A stretch of 64,000 bases of DNA from a candidate division TM6 bacterium GW2011_GWF2_37_49 (lineage in GTDB: Bacteria > Babelota > Babeliae > Babelales > RVW-14), in NCBI GenBank assembly GCA_945861145.1, contig CAMATL010000001.1:21003-85002 (forward strand), in the 5' to 3' direction. A program made the position numbers and the translations under genes. Below, in pieces: positions 38,325-47,263 of the stretch (positions are counted from its first letter, which is position 1; the number at the start of each line of letters is the position of its first letter). Under the pieces are notes generated by a model, which saw only the letters and a list, made by a program, of their open reading frames with translations, ran no database searches and was not told the origin of the DNA.

Positions 38325-38690
38325 ATGTTACTAGGTTTTTTAACTGTTCTATTTGTAATTGTGGCGCTTTTTCTCGCCCTGTTTGTACTTATCCAACAAG
38401 GTAAGGGCGACATGGGGATGGGAGCTCTTGGCGGCAGCGCTCAAATGTTATTTGGCGGCTCAGGCGGCCAAACTTTTTTTGAAAAGGCAACCTGGATTTT
38501 AGGTCTTACCTTTATGTTTGGTGCAATTGGTCTCTCAATGCTAAAAACACGCCAAACACGCAAATCACGCCTTGATGGCTTTGCTTCAGCGCTACCAGCT
38601 GCTCCTGCAAGCCCAGCACAATCAACACAACAAGCTCCAGCAGCAACAGATGAATCTGGACCTGAAAGCTCACAAGCTCCTGCAGCGTAA
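38325..38690 (+). CDS. secG: Preprotein translocase subunit SecG
   Basis: MLLGFLTVLFVIVALFLALFVLIQQGKGDMG...FGGSGGQTFFEK, in the usual tpiA-secG arrangement. The ATG at 38325 follows agagagg. Confidence 0.8.
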   Translation: MLLGFLTVLFVIVALFLALFVLIQQGKGDMGMGALGGSAQMLFGGSGGQTFFEKATWILGLTFMFGAIGLSMLKTRQTRKSRLDGFASALPAAPASPAQSTQQAPAATDESGPESSQAPAA

Positions 38691-38698
38691 GGACACAC

Positions 38699-39472
38699 AT
38701 GGTACTAAGACTTGCCACTAGTCTTGGAGCGATCGTTTTTGAGTTGTGTAAACGTTTGGGACTCGTAGGGATTTTTCTCTCCGAGTCCCTTATTGTTTTA
38801 TGCACAACAAAGCTAAAACTTGAAAAAGTAATGCAGGCAATGCATTTCATCGGCGTGAGCTCACTCAGTGTCGTAGCATTAATCGGGACCACTGGCGGCG
38901 CAGTGCTCGCATTGCAAAGTTATGTAGGTCTGCATCGTTTTGGGGCGGAACAATTTATCGGCCCTGTTATTTTTCTTTCCATGGCGCGTGAATTTGGTCC
39001 TGTTTTTACTGCAATCATGGTTATCGGCCGAGCAGGCTCTGCCATCACCGCTGAAATCGGAACCATGAGCATCACCGAACAAATTGATGCATTACAAACC
39101 CTCTGCATCGACACCCGACAATATTTGATTGTACCGCGTATTGTTGCCGGCACACTCATTCTCCCATTTTTGTCAATTTGGTGTACGCTTTTCGGCGTCC
39201 TTGCTGGTTACATCACCTCAGTTTTTGTATTGAATATCAACTCCGAAGTATACATGGAATCAATACGGGCAAACGCACAGCTTAGCGATATTACCAGCGG
39301 CTTAATCAAGGCGGCGGTATTTGGTTTTCTGCTCACACTTATCAGCACCTACAAGGGATTTAATACGCGCGGCGGGGCTAAAGGTGTTGGTATGGCCACG
39401 ACAGAAAGTGTTGTTTCGGCAAACGTAACGGTTTTTGTTGCCAACTATATTTTAACCTCATTAATGTTTTAA
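38699..39472 (+). CDS. mlaE: MlaE-family ABC transporter permease
   Basis: FGAEQFIGPVIFLSMAREFGPVFTAIMVIGRAGSAITAEIGTMSITEQIDAL is the MlaE signature region. Confidence 0.8.
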   Translation: MVLRLATSLGAIVFELCKRLGLVGIFLSESLIVLCTTKLKLEKVMQAMHFIGVSSLSVVALIGTTGGAVLALQSYVGLHRFGAEQFIGPVIFLSMAREFGPVFTAIMVIGRAGSAITAEIGTMSITEQIDALQTLCIDTRQYLIVPRIVAGTLILPFLSIWCTLFGVLAGYITSVFVLNINSEVYMESIRANAQLSDITSGLIKAAVFGFLLTLISTYKGFNTRGGAKGVGMATTESVVSANVTVFVANYILTSLMF

Positions 39473-39479
39473 TCATGAT

Positions 39480-39560
39480 GGTTCGATACAATTCTCGCGC
39501 AGCGAAAATCACTCACCATGACCCTTCGATACAATTCTCACTGGGTGAAAATCACTCAGG
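39480..39560. repeat. Two tandem units of the TTCGATACAATTC...AATCACTCA repeat family
   Basis: The units are ggttcgatacaattctcgcgcagcgaaaatcactcacc (39480..39517) and ccttcgatacaattctcactgggtgaaaatcactcagg (39523..39560). Both are related to the arms of the element at 20116..20322. They fill the mlaE-mlaF spacer. Confidence 0.6.
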
Positions 39561-39614
39561 GCGAGCCTATAGAGGGGTAGTTTATCCTGAGCCCGGCGAA
39601 GGAGGGTTGATGTT

Positions 39615-40361
39615 ATGATAGAAATTATAGGCTTAAAAAAATCATTCGGGTCCAAAGCAGTCACTAAGGATCTGTCGCTCCAAGTTAACACGGGCGAATT
39701 TTTAGCCATTATTGGGCGTTCGGGTGAGGGCAAATCGGTACTGCTAAAACAGATTGTCGGCCTGATTAATTCTGATGGTGGCGACATTATTATTAATGGC
39801 TCGCATCTTTCAGCCCTGCACGGCAAAGACCGTCAAAAAATATTCAAAGAATGCGGTTACGTTTTTCAATTTGCCGCACTGCTTGATTCTATCTCGGTAT
39901 TTGAAAACATCGCCCTCTACCATTTAGAAAACGGCATCAGCGCCAAAGAGATGCGTCCGCTTGTAGTCGAGAAAGTTAAAAGTGTTGGTTTAAGCCTCGA
40001 TGTGCTTGATAAATTTCCTGATGAACTTTCTGGTGGCATGAAAAAACGCGTTGGCCTAGCACGTACGCTCATGATGACCCCCAAAATTTTGATCTATGAT
40101 GAACCAACCACAGGGCTCGATCCTATCACGACGCGGTTGATTCATGAGCTGATGAAAGACACGCACATTAAATTTAACACCACAACTATTGTCATCTCGC
40201 ATGATATCGAGATCTTCAAATATGCCTCACACGTGGCGATGCTTCACGAAGGCAAAATCATATTCAAAGGCGAAGCATCAACTATCTGGGAAAGCACTGA
40301 CCCATACATTTATCAATTTATTCGCGGTTTAGCTGAGGGCCCAATCCAACATGGCACCTAA
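39615..40361 (+). CDS. mlaF: MlaF-like ABC transporter ATP-binding protein
   Basis: Walker A GRSGEGKS, signature LSGGMKKRVGLARTL, Walker B ILIYDEPTTGLD. Confidence 0.8.
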   Translation: MIEIIGLKKSFGSKAVTKDLSLQVNTGEFLAIIGRSGEGKSVLLKQIVGLINSDGGDIIINGSHLSALHGKDRQKIFKECGYVFQFAALLDSISVFENIALYHLENGISAKEMRPLVVEKVKSVGLSLDVLDKFPDELSGGMKKRVGLARTLMMTPKILIYDEPTTGLDPITTRLIHELMKDTHIKFNTTTIVISHDIEIFKYASHVAMLHEGKIIFKGEASTIWESTDPYIYQFIRGLAEGPIQHGT

Positions 40362-41790
40362 CATCACACCTACTTCAAAACCGATAATCTTAGTCGTAGA
40401 CGATGAGCAAGCTATTCTCACCGCAATGGCAAATATTTTGCAAGATGATGGCCATGTCGTGGAAACCACCACCAAGCCTGAGCTTGTTTTAGATTTGATC
40501 GGCACCTTGGTACCAGACCTGGTTTTTTTGGATATCTTTATCCCCAATGCTAACGGGATTGACCTACTCGCTTTAATTAAAAAAGAATATCCGAATCAAA
40601 AAGTTATAATCATGTCCGGTTATGGCAACGTGTCGCTCGCTGTTGATGCACTCAAAAAAGGGGCTCTCGATTTTGTTGAAAAACCATTCTCAATCGACGA
40701 CATTTTAAATAAAATTTCCCAATACTGCCCAACACATGACAATCAATACCAATTATCAGCCACAGCCCCACAGCATGCCGATCTAGTTGGTGAAAGCTAT
40801 TTATTTAAAGAGCTAGTTAATTACATCGACCGGATTGTCCCCCTCGATAATCATGTACTCATGTATGGGCCGCGCGGCATTGGCAAAACACATCTCGCTC
40901 GCTACATGCATGCACAAAAACATGATGGCAAAATTTTTCCAAATCAGGATGGATCCCGGGGCCCCCTGTCCTTCGGACTGGCACGGGATGACAGGGGAGG
41001 ATTGCATTCTGAATTTTGTCATCCCGGGCCCGATGAAGCCATAGGCGTAATCAGGGGGCCCCGCGATCCAGAGCTAAATCAAAGCAAGCTTACCGAAATA
41101 AGTGGCTTGCAAAATCCAACCCTAGCTATCGACCAATCACTCTTCAATCAAGAGGGTTCGATTATTATTAAACAGGTTGAGTCACTGACCAGCGCAGCAC
41201 AAAAAAAATTGCTCGCGCTACTTGAAGCGCCAACAACCAAGGCACGTGTATTTTGCCTGACACACAAAAATCTTTTTGGGCTCACAACCCAAGGACACTT
41301 CAACGAAGATTTATTCTACAGCCTCAATTCAACACCAATAGAGATCCCATCATTAAATAAACGCCGCTTTGATATCCCATTACTCGTGCATCATTACCTG
41401 ACAGCAATCAATAAAGAGTCAGGATCGTCATACACATTGTCCACAGAGGCTATTCGATTTTTACGCAACCATACCTGGCACGAGCACTGCCGCGAACTAC
41501 AACAACTACTTATTGCTGTAACCGTCGATATAAAATCCTCTGACCAAATTATTACACCAACTCATCTTCAACCATTTTTACATGAAGCCGACCATCACCT
41601 TATTGAAGAGCAACGCTTCCGCGGCTTTTCTTCATTACATGAAGCCACTCTTTCGTTTCAAAAAAAATTTTTACTGTACCAGCTGAAAAAAAATCGCTAC
41701 GATCTTGAACAGGTCTCGGACGTCCTAAGCATGGGTGTCGTAGATTTGCGCAATGAATTACAGCGGTTAAATATTTTACTAAGCTTGTAA
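40351..41790 (+). CDS. Response regulator with a REC domain, a degenerate NtrC-type AAA+ domain and a Fis-type HTH
   Basis: The REC domain reads ILVVDDEQ...DLVFLDIFIPNANGIDLL...IIMSGYG...KPF. The AAA+ domain has LVGES...MYGPRGIGKTHLARYMH but no GAFTGA loop. The C-terminal HTH reads YDLEQVSDVLSMGVVDLRNELQRL. It carries an in-frame repeat insertion. Confidence 0.65.
   Translation: MAPNITPTSKPIILVVDDEQAILTAMANILQDDGHVVETTTKPELVLDLIGTLVPDLVFLDIFIPNANGIDLLALIKKEYPNQKVIIMSGYGNVSLAVDALKKGALDFVEKPFSIDDILNKISQYCPTHDNQYQLSATAPQHADLVGESYLFKELVNYIDRIVPLDNHVLMYGPRGIGKTHLARYMHAQKHDGKIFPNQDGSRGPLSFGLARDDRGGLHSEFCHPGPDEAIGVIRGPRDPELNQSKLTEISGLQNPTLAIDQSLFNQEGSIIIKQVESLTSAAQKKLLALLEAPTTKARVFCLTHKNLFGLTTQGHFNEDLFYSLNSTPIEIPSLNKRRFDIPLLVHHYLTAINKESGSSYTLSTEAIRFLRNHTWHEHCRELQQLLIAVTVDIKSSDQIITPTHLQPFLHEADHHLIEEQRFRGFSSLHEATLSFQKKFLLYQLKKNRYDLEQVSDVLSMGVVDLRNELQRLNILLSL
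40952..41069. repeat. GC-rich palindromic element inserted in frame in the response-regulator gene
   Basis: gatcccggggcc...cgggatgacagg (40953..40994) faces ttgtcatcccgggcc...ggggccccgcgatcc (41017..41069). The terminal motifs match the element at 53411..53552. It is translated as DGSRGPLSFGLARDDRGGLHSEFCHPGPDEAIGVIRGPRDP. Confidence 0.65.
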
Positions 41791-41824
41791 AAATAAGTAT
41801 CACACATGGATTTGGAGATGCCTC

Positions 41825-42811
41825 ATGGAAAAAACTGCGTCGCCAGAAATTTTGGAACAAATTAAAGACAAAAGCACGCAATGGCAGTCACTACGCCAAG
41901 AAGTTAAAAAAGTTATCGTCGGTCAAGATTATGTAGTCGACCGTATCTTGATAGCTTTGCTTTGCAACCAACATGTCTTACTTGAAGGGGTCCCCGGCCT
42001 TGCTAAAACTACCTTGATCAAAACGGTAGCCCAAGCAATCGGCGTTGATTTTAGACGAATCCAATTCACACCCGACCTCCTGCCTGCCGATTTAATAGGC
42101 ACGCTCATCTACAATCCAAAGACGCAAGAATTTCAAACAAAAAAAGGCCCGCTATTTGCTAATATTATTTTGGCAGATGAAATCAACCGCGCCCCGGCAA
42201 AAGTACAATCTGCTTTACTCGAGGCCATGCAAGAGCATCAAGTCACGATTAGTGAAACTACCTTCAAGCTTGATGAGCCATTCCTTGTGCTCGCCACTCA
42301 GAACCCAATTGAGCAAGAAGGCACCTACCGCTTACCTGAAGCACAAATTGATCGCTTTATGTTTAAACTGATTGTCACCTATCCAAACATCACCGAAGAA
42401 AAAGAGATTTTAAAACGAGCGTTTGAGCGCAACTCAGTTCATCAGGTATTGAGCAAGGCTGAAATTCATGCATCCCAAAGCCTTATCGAACAAATTTATC
42501 TCGATGAAAAAGTAGTCGACTATATTTTACAGATCGTTTTTGCAACACGAAATCCACAAGATTTTGGCTTGAACGACATCAAACATCTCATCGAACATGG
42601 CGCTTCGCCTCGCGCAACACTGGCAATATATCATGCAGCAAAGGGCCATGCGTTTTTACGCAAACGCCACTTCGTTACACCAGACGATGTTAAGGCGGTT
42701 CTTCCTGATATTTTGCGCCATCGTATTTTACTCACGTACGAAGCAGAAGCCGAAAATATAACATCTGATCAGGTTATACAACAGATCCTTCGTACAATAC
42801 CTGCTCCATAA
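41825..42811 (+). CDS. MoxR-family AAA+ ATPase
   Basis: VLLEGVPGLAKTTLIKTVA, RIQFTPDLLPADLIG, ILADEINRAPAKVQSALLEAMQE. Confidence 0.85.
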   Translation: MEKTASPEILEQIKDKSTQWQSLRQEVKKVIVGQDYVVDRILIALLCNQHVLLEGVPGLAKTTLIKTVAQAIGVDFRRIQFTPDLLPADLIGTLIYNPKTQEFQTKKGPLFANIILADEINRAPAKVQSALLEAMQEHQVTISETTFKLDEPFLVLATQNPIEQEGTYRLPEAQIDRFMFKLIVTYPNITEEKEILKRAFERNSVHQVLSKAEIHASQSLIEQIYLDEKVVDYILQIVFATRNPQDFGLNDIKHLIEHGASPRATLAIYHAAKGHAFLRKRHFVTPDDVKAVLPDILRHRILLTYEAEAENITSDQVIQQILRTIPAP

Positions 42812-42901
42812 GGGGATCATACGTGAACGACTCGACATTTTGCTTGACAGCAAAAAATGATTGCCGGTATCTTCGTATTTTAAACGAGGATTAATGCGGG
42901 T

Positions 42902-44032
42902 ATGAAGCAAGCGTTGTGGGTCGTTAATAGTTCGATCATCGGACTTTTTGTTCTTTCTATGGCGATGCTGCAGGTGTTACACAAGGAACCACCGCATATT
43001 GCCAAGCTAGTTATTACTGAGCAACAACTAGCTAAAAAGAAGCACGTGTTTCCTCCGGCTCACTGGGAACCAATATTTAAACACGACCTGTTTGGTACCT
43101 ATGTGCCACAGGCATCCAAGGTGACACCAAAAAGCCTTGTCACTAACGCCCCAGAGCCAAAAGAATCTAGCCCTGAACCGATTCCAGAAGCTAAAAAACC
43201 TGAATTTGTTCCTGAGCTTGTGCTGAGCATTAAAGGTATTATTATTGCTGCCGACGAAACGCACAATGTCGCCATGATTGAAGACGAAGCCAAAAAAGAA
43301 GGTGTTTATCATATCGGCGACCTGTACAAAGATGGGCAGATTATTAAAATCTCTCGCAACAGCGTTGTCTTCTTACGCTCCAGCGGCCAACAAGAATCAT
43401 TTTACTTACGCAAGGAAGATGCTGACCTCGCAATGGATGGTCCAGCGAAGTGGGAATATATCATCAAAAAAACTGCTGAGACAGCTTGGCAGGTTGATCC
43501 AGAAAGCTTTAAACGTGAAATTGATTCATTGGGCGCGTTCATTGATCGTACCAGTATTATTGGTACCGCTTATCAACAAGGCAATGCAGTTGGCCTGCGT
43601 GTCGGTGAGCTGACACCAGATTCACTAGGAAGTCTCCTTGGCCTTAAAAAAGGTGATATTCTGTTATCAGTTAATGACCTAAGTGTTGCTCAAGCACGCA
43701 ATCGCGTTACTATTTTTGATAAAGTCTGCGCAAGCGCTGTTGACGATGTTATCATAGTGAAACTAAAACGTGAGGAAGCAGAGGTAACGCATACCTATAA
43801 GCTCTCCTACATAAGCAAAGCGAAAAAAATGATGTTCTCTGACGGTAAGGCTAAGGATGAGCCAAAACCTGATGAAGCGCTGAAAATGAGTAAGATGCAA
43901 GAACGCGACAAACAAGCGCGCGAATTTAGTGAACGACATGAAAACAACGGCCAACAAGATGCAATTGCACAAATTCGCAAACGTTTGTTAGAAAACCTGC
44001 GAGCACGCCTCCAGGGGGCACGAGCACGATAA
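42902..44032 (+). CDS. GspC-like protein (TM anchor, secretin-interacting HR region, PDZ domain)
   Basis: TM helix ALWVVNSSIIGLFVLSMAML. The HR-like region reads LSIKGIIIAADETHNVAMIEDEAKKEGVYHIGDLYKDGQIIKISRNSVVFL. The PDZ-like region reads GLRVGELTPDSLGSLLGLKKGDILLSVND. Confidence 0.65.
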   Translation: MKQALWVVNSSIIGLFVLSMAMLQVLHKEPPHIAKLVITEQQLAKKKHVFPPAHWEPIFKHDLFGTYVPQASKVTPKSLVTNAPEPKESSPEPIPEAKKPEFVPELVLSIKGIIIAADETHNVAMIEDEAKKEGVYHIGDLYKDGQIIKISRNSVVFLRSSGQQESFYLRKEDADLAMDGPAKWEYIIKKTAETAWQVDPESFKREIDSLGAFIDRTSIIGTAYQQGNAVGLRVGELTPDSLGSLLGLKKGDILLSVNDLSVAQARNRVTIFDKVCASAVDDVIIVKLKREEAEVTHTYKLSYISKAKKMMFSDGKAKDEPKPDEALKMSKMQERDKQAREFSERHENNGQQDAIAQIRKRLLENLRARLQGARAR

Positions 44033-44047
44033 AGATAGGATAGTGGG

Positions 44048-47000
44048 ATGGTGTTGTACGCATTTTTATTTTTGATTAGCTTGCTGGCTGCGTTCACGCA
44101 GCCTCTTTTTGCTATGCCTGGCGAAGAGCCGGTGATCACTAATGAAGAACAACAGCTTCCAACAATCAACCCCCTCCTTGCATCTGTAAAGCCCTCATCG
44201 CAAGCTGTAATAATGCCTGACAATAATCCGGTCATCGAAGAAGAAGATGATGCCATGGCGAATCTCATCAAAACAGCGCCATCAAGTGCAGACTCAAGCA
44301 AGGCTGATAAAAAAGATAAAAAATCTGCCGGCAAAGAATCCAAGCCCGCTGAAGAAAAAGAGCGTAATGATATTTACCTGAATTTTGAAAACAGCTCATT
44401 GGCTAACGTGGTCAATTACATGGCCGAGCTGCGCAACATTAATTTATTGCCTGACAAGGCACTGGCCGACATCAAAGTATCACTCACGATTCGTGAGCCA
44501 CTCACCGTAGACGGCGCATGGAATATTTTCCTTACGCTGCTTGAAGTATCAGGCTTTAGCATCGTTGAAGTTGGCGGTCTGCACAAAGTTATGCCCAAAG
44601 ATAAAAAAATGACCGAAGCCCTACCAATCTTCATCAATGTGCCGTACACAACATTGCCAGATAGTGATTTGACCGTGCGTTATGTTATGTTTTTGCAAAA
44701 CTTACAAATCGATTCCGTCAAAGATCTACTCGACAGTTTATTGAGCGACAAGCACACGTTGTTTCCGTATGCACAAGCAAACTGTTTTATTATTACTGAT
44801 CGCTGCTACAACATAAAATCAGCCATGAAGGTTATACATGAGCTCGATGCTATGGGCCAACCAGAAACGGTTGTGGTCATGCGTCTGAAGCGTACCAACG
44901 CCACCGATGTCAAAGGACTTATTGAAGGCTTGATGAGTAAAAAACAGGATAACAACCCACTTGCACGCTTCTTTGCCAAACCCGTTGATAGCACCACTGA
45001 ATATTTCCCAAGCGGGACAAAAATCGTAGCGGAAGATCGCACCAACCAGCTCATTTTAATGGGCAGTCCTGGCCCTATTGAAAAAATTAAAGATTTTATC
45101 ATGGCTCACATTGACGTTGATCTCAAAGCGGCAGAATCACCGCTACACATTTATGAACTACAGTATTCCGACGCCACAGCGATAGCAGAAATTTTAACCG
45201 CAGTGACAGCGCCCCCTGAAGGCGGTGCTGGCCAACAAGCTGCAAAATACGGTGCCATTCGCGGCGGCGTTAAATATTTTAAGCCAATGAAATTTATAGT
45301 CGACAAAGATGCCAATCGTCTCATTATTTCATGCACCGACAAGCAAGATTGGATTCTCCTGAAATCGATCATTAAAGATCTTGATAAGCCACAACCACAA
45401 GTCGCTATCGAAACTTTATATGTTTCAATTGATGAAAACGACATCAAACAAATGGGCGGCTCTATCCGCAATAAAAAAGAGGGCCAACTCGGCAAGGGTG
45501 TTGATTTTCAGGCAGCATCGCTGGGCACCGCCTCTCTTAGTACAGGGACTGACAAAAATCCTGTTACGCTGCTTGGTAGTATGCTTGGACAGCTTATTAC
45601 AGATAAAGGATCTACCCTTCTTACATTCGGCCAAGCCTCAAATATATGGGCTGTATTTGAAATGCTTAAATCACGAACCAATGCATCAATAATCTCACAA
45701 CCATTTATAACTGTGGCAAATAAAGTTGCTGGTAAAATTACGGTAGGTAGCGAGAACAACGTTGTTACAGAAGATTCAGGGGGTACAGGGCCAAAAGGTT
45801 ATGGCACGGTTACAGCAGATACCTCATTAGAAGTAGAGCCACAAATCAATTTGGATGGTGTTATTCGCTTAAAAATAACTGTTAATATTAGCGAATTTAC
45901 TGACCCAACAGTCGGAAATAAATCTGTAAATCATTTATCAACAAATATCAGCATGGCTGATGGTCAGGTTTTGGTACTTGGCGGCTTTATGCAAACCAAA
46001 GTTTCAGAAAACACAAATAAAACACCACTGTTAGCTGATATTCCAATTTTTGGCTGGTTTTTTAAAAATCAAAAGCGAACCATCGGTCGTAAATATATTT
46101 TCATTTTTATGGCACCAACTATCGTCAAACCGCGCTCTACGCCGGGTGTAGAATTGTACTCAAAGATGAAGCTGCACGAGGCTACTAACGATATTGAAAG
46201 CGGTATAAAAACAGTGAAAACACATGATCCGCTCTTAAATTGGTTTTTTGATCCTAAGGGTGAAAATTACTCCCATAAGGTTGTCGATTTTGCCAATGCT
46301 CGTTACCAACCAACTACCGTAGATATCAAGCACGATACCTACTATCGAGCCAATTCTAGTGAAGATGAAAAAAATCAGTCATTCAGTCAGCCTGTCACAA
46401 CCCATGCACCAACTATGATTGCAGCAGATAACATTGGCGAACCAGCTATTCAGTCGCCTAGTATTGAAATACAAGCAAGCACCCCTGTAATTGCAGAACC
46501 TGCAAGTAGCCAGATTATTGGCGATACCATAAGCACGCCACTTGCTTCAGCGATGATCCCATCAGATAGCGTCATGACCAATCCTACCCTAAGCACGCCG
46601 GTCATCGTTCCAAAAAATACTGTTATGACTAACCCTACATCAAAGACTACCCCAACCATCACACCGCTAGCATCGTTACCTCAATTAGCGCCAAAGATTG
46701 CATCAAGTAAACCTTTTTCCGCAAAGAAGCCTGATGCTGCCAATATTAAAGCGGTTATGGATAAACGATTGGGCCTTACAGAAAAAGAGCCTGCGCAACC
46801 ACGTAGTAAACTTGTTGAGCTAGCACAGGAGACCAACCAAGACGAGATATTTGAGACTGGTGCTCCAATGACTAAATCACCAAAATTCTCATCACAACAA
46901 GAACCAATCATTGAAACAAATTACGTAGAGCCGCACCCTGCCAAGCAAGACGTACTTAATCTTTTAGGTGAACGCATACAACAACAACGACATATCAGTG

Positions 47001-47263
47001 TCGACAGCGAACAACTCGTCAATCAACGCAAAAAACTTAAATCTTTAATCTCACAATCGTTTAGCGGCACAAGCAATAACAATGTAATCAATCCTCCAGC
47101 AAATGAAAAACAGGTGGCGCTTAAAGCATTACTTGCTTTACCAGACGCCCCAACGCGTAATCAACGGCAATTAGTTGTCGATCCTGTTAAGCGCAACTCT
47201 TTAAAAGATTTTCTTTCACAAGCTGAGCAACCAGCCCCAACGACAAGGAATAACCCTGCATGA
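44048..47263 (+). CDS. Secretin (GspD/PilQ family) 1, with a 303-aa low-complexity C-terminal tail
   Basis: Signal peptide and N0 region IYLNFENSSLANVVNYMAELRNINLL. The secretin core reads GQVLVLGGFMQTKVSENTNKTPLLADIPIFGWFFKNQ. An ATGA overlap links it to the next gene. Confidence 0.85.
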   Translation: MVLYAFLFLISLLAAFTQPLFAMPGEEPVITNEEQQLPTINPLLASVKPSSQAVIMPDNNPVIEEEDDAMANLIKTAPSSADSSKADKKDKKSAGKESKPAEEKERNDIYLNFENSSLANVVNYMAELRNINLLPDKALADIKVSLTIREPLTVDGAWNIFLTLLEVSGFSIVEVGGLHKVMPKDKKMTEALPIFINVPYTTLPDSDLTVRYVMFLQNLQIDSVKDLLDSLLSDKHTLFPYAQANCFIITDRCYNIKSAMKVIHELDAMGQPETVVVMRLKRTNATDVKGLIEGLMSKKQDNNPLARFFAKPVDSTTEYFPSGTKIVAEDRTNQLILMGSPGPIEKIKDFIMAHIDVDLKAAESPLHIYELQYSDATAIAEILTAVTAPPEGGAGQQAAKYGAIRGGVKYFKPMKFIVDKDANRLIISCTDKQDWILLKSIIKDLDKPQPQVAIETLYVSIDENDIKQMGGSIRNKKEGQLGKGVDFQAASLGTASLSTGTDKNPVTLLGSMLGQLITDKGSTLLTFGQASNIWAVFEMLKSRTNASIISQPFITVANKVAGKITVGSENNVVTEDSGGTGPKGYGTVTADTSLEVEPQINLDGVIRLKITVNISEFTDPTVGNKSVNHLSTNISMADGQVLVLGGFMQTKVSENTNKTPLLADIPIFGWFFKNQKRTIGRKYIFIFMAPTIVKPRSTPGVELYSKMKLHEATNDIESGIKTVKTHDPLLNWFFDPKGENYSHKVVDFANARYQPTTVDIKHDTYYRANSSEDEKNQSFSQPVTTHAPTMIAADNIGEPAIQSPSIEIQASTPVIAEPASSQIIGDTISTPLASAMIPSDSVMTNPTLSTPVIVPKNTVMTNPTSKTTPTITPLASLPQLAPKIASSKPFSAKKPDAANIKAVMDKRLGLTEKEPAQPRSKLVELAQETNQDEIFETGAPMTKSPKFSSQQEPIIETNYVEPHPAKQDVLNLLGERIQQQRHISVDSEQLVNQRKKLKSLISQSFSGTSNNNVINPPANEKQVALKALLALPDAPTRNQRQLVVDPVKRNSLKDFLSQAEQPAPTTRNNPA

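Noticed and set aside
41825-42811. MoxR as part of a BatA/VWA-type operon
   Set aside because: No DUF58 or VWA gene follows it. The next gene is the GspC-like protein, so the classical MoxR-VWA pairing cannot be asserted here.
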